From positions 1,851,582-1,915,581 of the forward strand of contig SMSO01000005.1 in assembly GCA_004764695.1 (NCBI GenBank): a stretch of DNA of 64,000 nucleotides. Direction: 5' to 3'. The notes below the pieces were generated by a model. The model ran no database searches, was not told the DNA's origin, and was given only the letters and a program-made list of their open reading frames with translations. Source of the stretch: Schizochytrium sp. TIO01. Taxonomy: Eukaryota > Protista > Bigyra: Labyrinthulomycetes. The position numbers were made by a program, and so were the translations under genes. This document shows positions 12,450-25,900 of this stretch, piece after piece; within the stretch, counting starts at the first letter, position 1, and the number at the start of each line of letters is the position of its first letter.

Positions 12450-13595
12450 ATGGGCGGAGGTCCGGAAGGCTCAGACGTGAACGATTTCCTGCGAAGTACC
12501 TTCAGCAGCAACAACAGTAGCGGCGCAAACCCGAATCACAGCAGCGACATCAGCCAGGGTCCTGCCAACCACAACAGTAACACCGACAACAACAGCGTCT
12601 ACAGCAGTGGAAGCAACAGACCAGTTTCTCCACCTCCTTACGCAGAGGCTGTTGAACGCAGCAGTTTGAACAGCTCGACACGCGAATTTCTGCTTCCAGC
12701 AAACTACTTTGCGCAGGACTCGAGGGTATCCACTGAGAATTCAAGTCCAGAGGATATTGTGGAGGAGCAGCTGCGTCGACTTCGAAAAGGAGATCTCCCG
12801 TTGACAATGTCGGAGGCATCAGACGTGGCACGGCAAGCCCAAGATGCCGAAAGCTACGGTTTGAACGATGTCGCATCTGACAGGTTCTCGCAGGCTGCAG
12901 ATGCGCTTCGGAGCCTCGCGCGGGTCTCGCACGATGCGAACGAGAGAGCTGCGCTGGAAATGCAGGCTGCAGAATATGACGAACGTCGTAAGGAATTGGT
13001 GTCCCGGAAAGACACTTCAAATAATTTCGTGCCAGTTGCCGTGCCAGACGTGGTCGATGCCTTTACTGATAAGCAGATCAAGTCTGGAGCCCAACTTATG
13101 GGCACTGGAATGGGTGCCGGCGTAGGTCTTCTACTCGGCGTGCCCATCATTGGTGGCGCGGCAGGTTTCTTCACCGCAAACCACCTCGTTACACAGGATT
13201 CTGAGAATGGCGCCCGCGCCCGTGAGCTGGGACTTTTGGGAGCGCGGGTCATTCAGTCCACTAAGACATGGAATGACAAATACAAGTGGACGGATCGTGC
13301 CAAGGAGTCCGCGGGCAAAGCATGGACTACAACCAAAGAACTCAATGAGAAACACGACTTCACCGGGAAAGCAGGCAAGGCCATTGCGGACGCTGGTAAC
13401 GCAGTGCTTGAATTTAATAAAGAACATCAGGTTACCCAACGTGTGTCTGAGTTTGCTGCATCTAATATCAATAGGCTAAGCGAGCAAGTGCTCGATCTTG
13501 GTAACAATAATACCAGTCATGATGCTTCCGTGGCCCCGCGTAGCTTTGTCAAGGATAGTTCAGACCCAAAGGACCCAAGTGGATTTAGTAAGTAA
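12450..13595 (+). CDS. Hypothetical protein: N/S-rich disordered N-terminus with PPPY motif, MIT-like helical bundle, glycine-zipper membrane segment, amphipathic C-terminal repeats
   Basis: Long GC-rich ORF; first ATG at 12450 (CAACATGG). Helical EASDVARQAQDAE...FSQAADAL...AAEYDERRKEL is MIT-like (inference); GTGMGAGVGLLLGVPIIGGAAG is a glycine zipper. Confidence 0.75.
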   Translation: MGGGPEGSDVNDFLRSTFSSNNSSGANPNHSSDISQGPANHNSNTDNNSVYSSGSNRPVSPPPYAEAVERSSLNSSTREFLLPANYFAQDSRVSTENSSPEDIVEEQLRRLRKGDLPLTMSEASDVARQAQDAESYGLNDVASDRFSQAADALRSLARVSHDANERAALEMQAAEYDERRKELVSRKDTSNNFVPVAVPDVVDAFTDKQIKSGAQLMGTGMGAGVGLLLGVPIIGGAAGFFTANHLVTQDSENGARARELGLLGARVIQSTKTWNDKYKWTDRAKESAGKAWTTTKELNEKHDFTGKAGKAIADAGNAVLEFNKEHQVTQRVSEFAASNINRLSEQVLDLGNNNTSHDASVAPRSFVKDSSDPKDPSGFSK

Positions 13596-14758
13596 CTCTG
13601 ATGTTCTTGAGTTTTAGAAGAAATATCGAAAGATCCATGACGACATGACAATACGACGTGTTTGCCCTTAAGAACCTTTAAAAAATAAATATCTAAACAA
13701 TAAATAACAGCTATCCCAATTGATTTCATATCTATCTAAATAGTATTAGTGTCGAAGCCATGTCCCCCTTATTTGAGGACCATTATGGCTCTTGAAGGAT
13801 CTATCGTTTCAAACTGTTTCAGTAATTAATTTTAAACAAAATCCCGATCTGTGCAAATGTTTTTTGTGCGTGATACGAAGGCTTGTTTGCAACATGACAA
13901 ACCATGACAGGTCGTTTTCGTTTCATGAAATATAACACTCAGCGACAAGGAGAAATGAGAAAAATCAAAGTACACTTTGCAAGAAGGGACGAATGAATAA
14001 AAACGATATCATTTACTTTGGAAAAACGATTTATTTTTTTAAAGCCAAAAGCGAAGGCGCGGAGACCACGAGGCAACAGAATGCAACAATTCTCCGCAAA
14101 CTACGCGCAAGTAGTCAACTCTTCTGTCCCTAATTGGCCTAGTGTAATTTATCTCAACACTGAAGTTAAAAAAAAAAAACACACAATCACATGTAGCTCA
14201 TTAGAGGTAACTCCAAAAGGAGCATCGAAAGAATGACAGGAAGAAAGGAATCATTTGTGTGTATCTGGTGCAACCCAGAGTGGTTTTCCCATTTGGTTTC
14301 GAGCAGCTTAAAATCGAAACGAGTGGGTCACTCATTCACACATGGGAAACTAAAACATATATAAGGACACTCTAAACAGCACGGAGCAGAGAGCAGCTCG
14401 TCGAAGAGAAAGTGCCTCACCTCGTAATGAATTAAGTAGGAGAGCACTAGTAGTATTTATCAATGTGTCGTACTCCCAACAATTTCGCTGTGAGATAGAA
14501 CTCCTCGCCAGCCTCGTCATTGTCAGTCGCAATTCTATCATTTAGTAATTCTACGAACAAGCAGAATAGATCCACGTAGTCGAGTAATTTTAAATACTGA
14601 TGGTTCTTGAAAGATTGGAGTTCAAAGGAAGCTAATTTGGGCTGAAAATGTGGAGACGAGCACATGCTCACATTATATCGTGGGTCCACATCGTTCTCTA
14701 GAAACTGAGGCGAAATTCTCAAAGTGTGTCTCTTGCTTCACGATAGTATGTCTCCCAT

Positions 14759-15997
14759 CTAGGCAGTCTCCTCATCGTTGACCTGGTTGGCAGGGTTCTC
14801 AGGCGACTTTTGCCAGAGCTTCCAGGCGTGGTCTTTGAGCTGGCTACGCTTGAGACCCGGGTTCTCTGCGCGGAGCCTGGCGATCTCGCGTTCCTCAAAT
14901 GCTGAGAAAAGCATCTTGCGGTTCGGTCCCTTGTGACTCACAGCTGCCGCCGCACTGCCCACGCCGCTTGAAGAGTCCTGAAGTGAGGATGCCTCGAAAG
15001 CAGCGAGCGCGGCGTCAAGTCCAGAAGCTTCAATGTGTCCCTGGGCGGCTTCCTCGGCGCGAACGCGATTCAAGTTGGGCCTGAGCTCCATCTGCGGCTC
15101 TACATTCGCCGGGAGCGGCTTCTCGCCAGCCTGGGCTGCCTTCTTAGCCGCCTTAGCCTTGGCGTCCTTCTTCTCACCGTCAAGAAACGCATCGAGAAGG
15201 CTAAGGTCGTTCTTGCTCTTCTTAGCCTTGGCAGCCTTGCGCGCCTTGCCTACGGGTGCTCGCATCTTGGAGAGCTCAACATTGTCGTTGGCCTCTGCCT
15301 CCTTCTTTGCCTGGGCTGCCGCCAGCTTCGCGCGCTCCTTCTCCTCGGCCGCCTTGCGCCTCGCGTCAGCCTTGGCGTTCGCGCCATCCTCCCAGTTGGC
15401 TGCCACGCGTGCTTCCTTTTTTGCAGCAGCCTCGCCCTCCTTCGCCTTCTGTGCGGCTAGCTTCTGCGCCTTCGCCTTGGCGCCGGGGCCGCGAGGCTCA
15501 TCGGCATCGCCGCCCTTGCCGCCCTTCTTGGCCATCTCCAGGTCCTTTGCGGTTTGCTTCGAGGTCAAGCTCGCGTTAGCGTTCGAGTCTAACTTGGCAC
15601 GGTTGAGGTTCGAGCTCGCGCTTGAGCCTGTGCTTATGTCCAACCGGGTCTGCTGCCTCGAGACGCTCTCGCTGGCGGTCTCGTGCTTCTGCTCTTCATG
15701 AGGACGACCAGAGTCCTTGTCCCGCTTCCCGGTACCGTGCTTGGAGGCGTGGATAGAGGCGAGGTAGGCAGACTCCTTGTGTGCACCCCCCTGGGTTCCG
15801 CGAAGGTTCTTTTTCTCGACGCGACGCTGCTTGCCCTCAGGGACGCCGCCGGCGGTCTTGCGGTCGTGGAGGCTCGGGGCGGGGTCAGAGGGTAAGTCTG
15901 AGGAGGGACGGCTGCCGAGAGGCGCAGTTGGAGGGGCTGCCGGGGAGGACCGCGAGTTGAAGGCCTTGGCCGCGGCGCTCATGACGATGGCCGGCAT
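14759..15997 (-). CDS. CCDC124/Oxs1/Lso2-family coiled-coil protein with C-terminal HMG-box-like domain; conserved part begins at the ATG at 15535
   Basis: MAKKGG...AANWEDG...coiled coil...NLNR...IEASGLDAALAA...RKMLFSAFEEREIARLRAENPGLKRSQLKDHAWKLWQKSPENPANQ matches the family C-terminus. Confidence 0.88.
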   Translation of the reverse strand: MPAIVMSAAAKAFNSRSSPAAPPTAPLGSRPSSDLPSDPAPSLHDRKTAGGVPEGKQRRVEKKNLRGTQGGAHKESAYLASIHASKHGTGKRDKDSGRPHEEQKHETASESVSRQQTRLDISTGSSASSNLNRAKLDSNANASLTSKQTAKDLEMAKKGGKGGDADEPRGPGAKAKAQKLAAQKAKEGEAAAKKEARVAANWEDGANAKADARRKAAEEKERAKLAAAQAKKEAEANDNVELSKMRAPVGKARKAAKAKKSKNDLSLLDAFLDGEKKDAKAKAAKKAAQAGEKPLPANVEPQMELRPNLNRVRAEEAAQGHIEASGLDAALAAFEASSLQDSSSGVGSAAAAVSHKGPNRKMLFSAFEEREIARLRAENPGLKRSQLKDHAWKLWQKSPENPANQVNDEETA

Positions 15998-16157
15998 TGT
16001 GCTTGCGTGTATTAAGCTTCGGGCTGATTGTTTGGCAGGAAGCGACTAGGTTTCGTATGCGAGGTCCAGAGGAAGGCGATGTGTCGCCTGCTTTCCTGTG
16101 GACGGATTGCAACAACGTATAGATCTCTGCGCAACGCAATTCGAGGTCCAACTACTT

Positions 16158-16280
<123 letters not shown>

Positions 16281-17104
16281 TAAACCTCTTGACTTTCTGA
16301 GGATGAACCGATTGATCGATCGACTGATTGGGTTGACGAGCTGAGGCAACGTGCGATGCTGCTGATGCTGGTCACGATTATGATGGCGATGCGGCCACTG
16401 GGGATTGGAGCAGTCGCGCTTGGGCGCTTGGGCGAGTTTGGTGTTTGCTTTGGCCTGTGCTGCGCATCCTTGGCTTTTATGAAGGGCTGTTTACGCATAG
16501 CTATATGAGATGCGATAGGACTTTAGGAAAGCAGCGCGTATTCTGGTCATTGTTATTACTATCTATCCATCTTGGGATATTCTTGCAAACCAGGACATCT
16601 GGCGCCTCTGTCCTCCTTCTACAAATCGAGAAGACGGCGGGAAGTAACTTTCGCTCTCCCCAGCTGCTCGAGGGCACGGACGCAATCGCCGTGCTCCGCG
16701 TATCACAACGTCATATACACATATGTCTGGAGCTCTTGGCGTCGTCGAGGAGGAGGAGGAGCAGCAGCAGCAGCTGCTCGAGCTTTGATGGTGATGACGA
16801 TGGATGCAGCGCCGCTTCTCTGCTGTCTGCAGGCTTGACTCTCGCTAGCTGACTCTTTGCCTTCTTTCGGACATCTTTGCCTCGACCCAGATTGACCCGA
16901 ACGGAAGAGGGAGCGCTCGAGAGCCAAGCGCTCGCGTGGGTTGGCGGCGAAGCAAATCCGTTCCAGGTCCATACTCGCTCTTGAGGGTTCAGGATTTTGG
17001 TTTAGTACGCTCCAGAGGCAACTTAGTAGTAGGTATTACTCTAGGGCCCCTTAGGAGCCAGAGGAGGAGGGAACTCTGTCTGCTGAGTTACAGAAGCAAG
17101 TACC

Positions 17105-17234
<130 letters not shown>

Positions 17235-18635
17235 ACGCGCCGCGCAATCAATCCATTTGGAGATTTCGCGAGCCGCGCGCAGTGTGTGTTTCGTAAAAGG
17301 AAGAGGGACTTGGAGATCGGATTCCCTCGTCAAGAAGCACAAACGCAAAGTACGCCGACCATGCTTACACAAGGAGGCCAGATTGGAGTTCGCCAAAGTG
17401 CGCCCGGTAGCAGGTGTTTGGGATTGAATTGATCTTTTTTGAATACGGTTATTACTTGTTTTCAAGAAATAAATAGATAAATCAATAAATATTATATTGC
17501 GTTATTACTACCTGGACGAATAAAATTACTTGGAGAGGAAGAGACAAAAAGTCCTGTCTTCAGTCTTGTAAGCATACTCGGATATGGACAGAGGCAGAAT
17601 AGGATATCTCCTTTACCTTTCATCAGCTTGATTGTGGCAGAATACAGATTCGGGACTAAAGTGCATTATGAATTTGTAATTTATATGTTTTCTTTAGTTA
17701 AGAGAAAAATGTATCTATAGAGCTGGCTTCTCGAAGAGCCATTTACTCCTCCAAGCCAAGTAGTCCAGTACTTCTCGTATTAGGTTTAGAGAGTGACCAG
17801 AAGTGAGAAAAAGAGGAGGATCTGGATGCCGCTCCAAGAGTGATTGTTTTCACTTGAGTTTCTACCCCGGTGAAAGGATGGATAGGAGTAGCCTCTAACT
17901 AATAAGAGTAGCATTCGTTTTTGCCGCTCTGATTGGTGATATTTTCAAAATTAAATCAAAAGAATACCACGGCATTGAAAATTTTGATTTTCACTATCCC
18001 AAACTAGTAACTCGAGACATTGACCTGGCCATTGGTGCGCAAAGGAGATGAGCTCATGTTAGCAGCGACACATATTTAATGTTTGCTAATGTGAAGGAAA
18101 CGATATTAGATCAGCCATTGTTACCTTCAATTTATTTGTGTTATGCTTCTCAAGGTCAGGAAGAGTCAAAGTTGACTCCTAGTCCTGGCCACTGCAATCC
18201 TATCGCTACGTTTCGTTGGATAAGACTTGCGAACGTAGTGTCTATGGCTGATTGGTTAGTGTGTATTGATGGCAAACCTTCACTAACTCTTATTATTTAA
18301 TATTATTATTTAATTGAAAGTTGAATATGGAAAGGGGTATTCATATTGTCGCAGAAAAGGAAAAGGAAGGCCCACACGTGAGGCAAGTGTCCGAGAGCCC
18401 CAAAAGCCAAAAAAAAAAAAATCTCCTTTCCGAAAGAGCAGTAATACAGTACATGATATGTATATATCATTCAAAAGAAGCATCTTTCTCTAAAAGGAGT
18501 GCCATCGCCTTACGCTTTTCCTTTGGACTAAAACCAATAGAAGAGCTACTATCATACTATCATTAGAGTTTTTGTCCTATTGCAATCTTTTGACCCCATC
18601 ACGTGACAAAACATACAAAGCATTAGATAATGTTT

Positions 18636-20163
18636 TTATGCATCCTCCTGCGGAGCAGCAGTGGAAACAGAAGCAGAAACAGAGTGGGGAGGAGAGGACG
18701 AGAAAGCGAACGGATGGATAGCATGAGCATTGTCAATATAAAGACCGTCGTCAGCCAGAACCAAAGTTGCATGGCACGTTGGCTCAGTTGCTTCTACCGC
18801 TGCAATTAGTGAATAGTGTGGAATGCACCGAGTGCAGTTATTCCATACATATTGGTGTCGCGTGAATCCACCTGTGTGATCATGGCCCGTAAATACGCCA
18901 GCTACCTCAGCATTTGTAGACTCGAGAACAGTAAGAACTTCATCATAGTTCCAGGGAAGACACATGTATCGTGAAGCTGGCTGCGTGGCCATGGGGTGGA
19001 GAGGAATGTGACTAAAAATCACCACCCGTTCCTTCGCTTCCTCGGCAGATGATAGCTCATTGCCTAGCCACCCCAGTTGAGTCTTACTGAGGGCACCATT
19101 GTATGGTACAAAACGCTTCATTGCCCCAGCCAGACCTGTCTGAAAATTCACACCACTTTCCCACCACTTGTTTGGATTGTGCGCAGATAAGTATGCCTTT
19201 GACTCCTCCGTAGCGTCAGGACCAATCACAGTTTGCTCATAAGCATCGATAATGATGCAGCGCCAGCCCTCGCATGGCCTGAAGCTAAAATATGAGGTTG
19301 GACATTGCAAAGTCTCCTCAAGTTCCTTCTTACTCAAGTTATATAGGTCATGATTTCCAATGACATGATACACCTCTTCAATCTCCTTGAGCTCATCGCG
19401 CATTTTAGAAAATGCTGCGCGCTTATCTGCGGCAGCCGCATTCTTTCCATCTACCAAATCGCCAAGCTGCACTACTGTTCCAACGCCTTTTTCACGCCAA
19501 TCTTTCGCGGCAGCACGAAGGATGAGCTGAGCTGCACGATAACGGCGGTGCTGTGTCCCCGAAAAGTCCGTCCCGTCATCTACATCCGCATACTGTACTT
19601 GCAATGTTATTTGAAAGCGTTGAACCCATGTGTTATTTGATCGCCTCCACAAGAAATTAGTAAAAATGTTCATGCGTATAATTATTGCTCCAATTGAGAA
19701 ATGACCAGGTACAACGCAATTCCCACAAAGCGCGAGGTAAGATGTTTATAAAAGGCCAAAATTAGCCCGCAGCCAGCACGAAGTGCACGTGGCATATTTG
19801 AAGTGCGCCAATAGAAGGCATCATTCAAAAAAATATCAGTCAGGCAACAACGACCAGTTACATAAGTAAAGAAGCATAGTTTGTCAGTAAGTTGTGCGCT
19901 CGTCGCCCAGGGGTTTAACCAATCTATCTAACAGAGCCTAGGCGAGTCTCGCCAAGCCGCACTCTTCGGCTTTGCTGTCCCTGCTCAATCTAAGACATTT
20001 ATAAGGTAAAAAGACTGCACCGCTCTTATGGCTATGAACACGACGATGCCTTCACTCTTAAACGCACCTGAACATCGGCAATAACGCCGATGCGGAAGCC
20101 CACCTTGCCAGCAGCTGCCTTAGCGCCCTGCAGCGCCATCGAAGGTCTCGCCGCAGCAGCCAT
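18636..20163 (-). CDS. ADPRM: Mn2+-dependent ADP-ribose/CDP-alcohol diphosphatase (calcineurin-like metallophosphoesterase). Two exons: 20163-20068 and 19592-18636
   Basis: Exon 1 reads MAAAARPSMALQGAKAAAGKVGFRIGVIADVQ followed by a GTGCGT donor. The intron (20067-19593) ends TACAG. Exon 2 begins YADVDDG, restoring GVIADVQYAD, and contains QLGDLVDG, VIGNHDLYN, RFVPYNGA, FSHIPLHP, FTGHDHTGG. Confidence 0.92.
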
Positions 20164-22989
20164 AATGCACGCGCTCACTACGATTCCTGTTTGGAGATGA
20201 AGATGATGTTTTCAAGAAGAAGAGTGAGCAAGGAAGGTGAGTCTGTAGCTGAGGAGGAGGAGTCTTACAGATTGCAATAATGAGTCGTATTGCTAATCCT
20301 GCTTACCACACCTGCTACTAGCAACTACCAGCTGCTAGTATTGCTAATAGTTAGTTACCTAGGGCGTACAAACAGATAGTACTTAGGCGTCTCCCTCTTG
20401 CCTTAATTAGAAGGCCTAACTCACTCTCACTGGTCAAAGGCTATCTGTGATATCTTCTTATTCAGGCAAAAACCCGAGTCAAAGCATATTACTATGTCAG
20501 AGGCTATCGTTTCTCTGGGGTAAAACCCTCAAGCACACATGTCAACACAAAGTTTTACTCCAAGTCATCCACCAACTATTTTTATTTCTAAAGCATGTCA
20601 ATTAAAAGGATAACATCAGAAGCTCTTCAAGTTACCGGAAAACAGCAACACGAGTCCATAACAACACAATATAAGCAGAAGTAAAAGGAGTGATTAGAGT
20701 AGCATGTGTCTTAACGTCGTGCATATGCTCACAGGTACCTAGGAAGTCTTAGTAGATAGATTATACACTTTGATGCATGGACGCACCTACCATTTTAAGC
20801 ATATAGAGAGCTTACAGGGAGTCACAGTGAAGGTCACAGTTTCTTGTGAAGGAATTGGGTGGTTTTTAGATGATCATGCAACTCTAATGAGCGTTTTTAG
20901 TTGATTTTTAGAGGCGTTTTGGAGTCCCAGAAAGTCATCCCAGCTCATAAGAAGAAACTTAACTTTTAAAACAAAAGCTCTGAAGGTACTCTCCTAAAAC
21001 AGCTCGTTACCCTACATGTGGGTGCTCCTCATGTTTGGAATATTGAACTTCAAATGTCTGACTTTCGTATGTCCATGACCTCGGAGGAATCGTATTAGTA
21101 CTTTGCAATGTAGTTAATGGGTCGACATGACATTTGCGTATCAATAACATCAGCAAGCGTCTAAAAAGGTCAAACGCAAAGAGATCCGCATGATTGGCAG
21201 ACAACATTGAGGTTCTACCCATTGATGGATCAGCCGATTTCAACTTTAATTCGATCTCATTTTTTGTAATCTATGGTGCTGAAAAGGAATAAATTGATTC
21301 AATCGAAGACGAGTTGGGGGTGACCTGAACATCTAATCATCCACGTTTCATGCGTTTGTTGTCACTACACATATTTGCTTCGCAAGCATGCGGACACCGG
21401 GCTTCACTTTTGGAGAAGCGAGAGTTCAACGAAAACAAACAGCTTCAAGTTGAAGAGCCTCAGTTTATATTGATCTACTGTTGCTGTATTAAGCATTGTC
21501 ATGACATCATATGGTGTGGTTCAAAGAAGGACCTTTTGGAGGGAGATGAAGACTCTTTCAATTTTCTTGACCCAGATGATGCACCGCCACCGCCAGCTTC
21601 TGTGAACATCATGGGCAGCTTGATCAAGAGCCTTTTGCTGCCTTCTTATCTACTGCTGGCACAAGTGAGGATGCAAGCCCAGGAATCCTGAACTATGGAA
21701 GCAAGCCACAGGCCCAGACCCCTGGCTAGCGACAGTAGGTATCCCTCCTTACACTATTCAAGTCGTTTCTAAGCTTGCAAGCCAAGCAGTCCTCTGATCC
21801 TTCTAGCAACAGTTGTGCGTCCGAATGGCCAGTAAAGAGGGGGGACATTTTCCTAAACTTGGTCCCACGAGGGTCATTTTATAGAATTTTTATTTTTTTT
21901 AATTTATGGAAAGTTAGTTTATAGTGTGATATTTGAAAAGGTTTTGTCTTGGTAGAGGCATCTTCGACACCTTTTATTGATTTTAATTTCAATTCTTTTT
22001 TCACGGTGCTGTTTGAAAGAGTAAATACAAAATTAAGTCCATCAAAGGATTAGTACTATGACGCAGTTAGCAGCTTGCGGTTCTCATCGCTCCTTAATAT
22101 GGACCTCTCCTCTCACAATCATAGTAGCGGAAGCAGTCGAGAAGAACGAGAACAACTTGAACCTGAACAAGTGTTGCCTAGATTTGTACCTAGGTAGGCA
22201 AGTTGTTCATATCGGCATTGAAAGACAGGCAAGAAGCATACCTGGGGCTGTCAGAATAGTGTTTGCATAGGAGCTACCCTAGTAATAGTAGTAAGGAGGT
22301 TCAGGTTCTCTCGACTGCCTTCTTTTTCTTTTGCTCTGTTGTATCCAGGTACTTAGGCACTACTTAACAGTTATTAGACTGAGTAATGGGGATCAAATTT
22401 CTTTTTAAAACGTTTTTTGTTCTATGAAAGTTTGAGAAAGCGAGGCGCAGAAAGACAACTAATTGGCTTCGCCAGTTCACGGAAACGGCTCGTACTGGAG
22501 ACGCGTGGACGCTGGGCTTGCAGCGGGAGAGACAACCTGAAAAGTCTGAAAGTCAGGTATTATTTAAAAGCTGGGAAGGCTGGGTTTCTGTGATTTGCTG
22601 CTGTTCCATAAAAGAACGTGAAGTAGCGGCGCGTTCTAAGATCGGTGAGGATCGGTGCATCCGAGCACAAGCGTAAGACCCTCCCAGCTAGCGGCTCAGC
22701 GCACTGTTATCGCCTGTGTGGAGTGCAGACACTTAAGAAGACATAGTAGCGGGTCTTTCTATCACGCGCTGGCAGCAATAGGAGTCAAGAAGGGTGTTTT
22801 GTTGCTTTGCTACTGTTGTTGCTTTTGGGAAAGTAGTTGGACGGGATCCAGTAAAATTTGACGAGGTAGGGAGTTCTGGGCTCGCCCTCAGGCCGGAGAA
22901 CTCCTCAACAAATACCCAAAGTCTTGAACATCCCAAATTGGAATCTGGTGCATGCGGCCAGTACCTAAACGCGTGGCTGCGCAACAAGT

Positions 22990-25900
22990 ATGATCTCGCT
23001 TGTTGATAAACACCGCGAGGGTGGGCTCTGGTTACGGATGGGCCAGGACCTTGGTGTAGATGGCTATGGGTGTTTCATGTTCTTGGCTAGACTCCTTCTT
23101 CATGCAATGTTAGTGGGTACCTTGTTCATCTTGGCCCTTGCCTCAGACGGCACTAGTTTACCATGGGCTGTGATCTTTGTGCCACTGCTTGCAGTGATCT
23201 TTGTAACGCTTGTTTGGCTTGTGTCTGACCTTTTATGCAAAGCCCCTGATTTAGAGGAAAGGGCTATATTTCTTCGTGGATTTATAGTGTTCTTGTTACT
23301 CATTTGTCTTGCAGCTGCTACCATGGCAAGCCTGCTAGCACGAGGAATAGAGCTCGTGAGTGACTCCGAAAATGTATTTGAGAACTATCCAACTGTGAAT
23401 CTCACCACCGGAGCCTTCGAACGTGCATGGACCCACACCTCCTCATCGAAGTTTGGTGACTCTACTGCATACCTTCAGCTCGCAGAAGGTAGCCCTTTTG
23501 AGGTGGATGGAGGGCAATCAAAACGATGGCTCGGTCTTAACTTTAGCAGCCCCAACGTACGCAGGGTCTACGACCCAGCTACAATATATGAGCACTGTTA
23601 TGCAGAGACTACAGATGGAATCGATGAACTATGTGAAGGTGGTGAAGGGTCAATTGAAGTAGAATCTAATACTGTGACACGTTCAAGTACCGGAATTTAC
23701 TCTGGTCAAACACGATACTGCAACATTGCAGACTTAAACAATGATGGGCTAAATCAAACCTGTCGTGCTGGTGCATCTGGCCAATGCAAGTTATACGTCC
23801 GTCCTGAGACTGCAATGGATTCAAAATCAGCGCGCGAGACTGCGTATGATATTCTCTACGGAATAGAGAGCTCGGGAACAGGCGCATTATGTTCAAATGG
23901 CTGCAAATATTATGGTGATGGGGAATGTGACGATGGTGGGTGGTCTTCCATGTATAGCGTATGTTCCTATGGCACTGACTGTACAGATTGTGGTAAGCGA
24001 TCTTGGAATATGAAGGGATTTGTTTCCAGCATCTATTATCCTTCATGTGGTTATTTTACAGACTCGGTAGCTGCTACTGGAATCGAAGGAGGTTTTCCGC
24101 AACGCTTTCACGCTCCTTGGCTGAGAGGTGAACGTGCTGTGTGCCAGCAAAAATGTAACAGTCAGCAATTAATAGAGATTTACAGTAGCTGTGGTGACGA
24201 CCTCGATTCGAAGACAAGTTGCCTTACGCCTTATGGCACTGCGCATGCGTATTACAACGCAACACAAGACGAGGGAAATTCAAACAGCCTTGGCTGGTGC
24301 TGTAATGATTGGGAAAGTGAAGACTCGTCTAGCAAGGCTATTGGCATTGAAGCTGTTCAGTGGACTAGTCACAAAGAATCAGACACGGTAGAAGAGTGTA
24401 TTCAGGCCTGCCTTGTACAATATTATTATGACCAGGCGGCTTGCAGTCTAATTCAATATAATGAAGATACTGGTCAGTGTGAGCGCGTCCTTTTTCGCGG
24501 TGATAGGCTTTGTTCATATAACTCAAGCTATGGAACTGATTGCAGCAGAAATCTTGACTTTGTTAATGCTGATTTTGGACAGACTTCGGGATTACCCGAA
24601 CCGACGTCAATTCTAACAACGTTTGGTCAGAAAACGGAAGACCCATGGAACACAGTCCATGTTGCTCCAAAACAGGGTGCATGGACCCAGCGTGAGAGCT
24701 CTTGGACACTCCATATTGTCATGACGCAGGGTTTTGCAGGGAGTGCTCCTGATTCTATCACAGTCAACTCAGGAATGATTGTGATTTTAGCACCATTCCT
24801 TTGTATTCCTCTAATTCTTGGCATGCTCACACTCTGTGTCTGTTGTTCTCCGTTAAATTGTTTGCCTGATGTGCGCATCACTGATGAAGACATCTGCGGT
24901 TGGGACTATCTCGTTTTTAAGGGCCCTGCGTATATGAACGCACAAATTCACAATTTCAGGTTGCTTCTTCTTGCCTTTGCAATCGCAGCAGCTTCCGTGT
25001 ACCTATTCTTTTGCAAAGCCTTTTTGGATAACGCGCCATCCTGGCCAGTTGTGTTCATTCCCTTTTGGATTGTCTGTGCTCTTGTTCTCGCGTCTACAGC
25101 GTCACTAATTCGAAGTGTCCACCTGATTTTTTCGACCTCTTGGACATCCACTCATCAACGAGCACGATTTGGCTTGCATTCTGGCAGCTATCAAGCAACT
25201 TCAGCGCGTGCCCGTATGTTATTGTATACGTTTTGGCTTTTCGCAACACTTTTAGTACCCGCCGTTGTTTCTCTGATTTTGCTCGTTGTTCGTCTAGGCG
25301 AAATTGAAAACTACAATGTTGCGCTTGCTGCTCAAAGCACGTCATCTTCTACCTCATCTCTTGCAGGAGCGGAGTCGGCTGGTATCACCATCAGTGCAGA
25401 AAGTACGGTCTATCCATTTTTCATTGGATTTACACTGAACTTACTTGGCTTTGTTGCCTACGCGAGCACTTTGATCATGCTTCGGCTGCACAGTTGGAGA
25501 ATGAGCCGCCTCGAGTCACTAGAGCTTAGCGTTCGTGCACAGCTTCGACACCACCGTGCACAAGAAATTGCACAATTGAAAATTAGGTTTTTGGATATGT
25601 CTCGAACTAGTGAGGAGCTAATAGAAATCCTCCAAATGTTTGTCTTTAAAGGACGTATCTGCGCAGTATCCCACGAAGAGGTCCGGGATCTTGGCCATGC
25701 AAAACTTGCGCTTCTGGAGGCGTCAGGACAGGTGTGTGAGGTTTGGACCCCGGCTGTTGCCAAGGAATTTGGTGAACTACTCAAGTATCTGTTATCTTCA
25801 TCAGGAGATTGGACGATCCCATCGTCACCTTCCTCATCTGAAGCAAGTCAAGGAGCACGGATTCGTATGCGAGATCTCGGATACGGAGGCTGTTTTGGAT

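Noticed and set aside
18636-19673. ORF-track start of the phosphoesterase at 19673
   Set aside because: That N-terminus is intron sequence; the true first exon at 20163-20068 restores the conserved GVIADVQYAD motif
21007-21691. Short ORFs between ADPRM and the membrane-protein gene
   Set aside because: No motifs, splice model or coding signal that I can support
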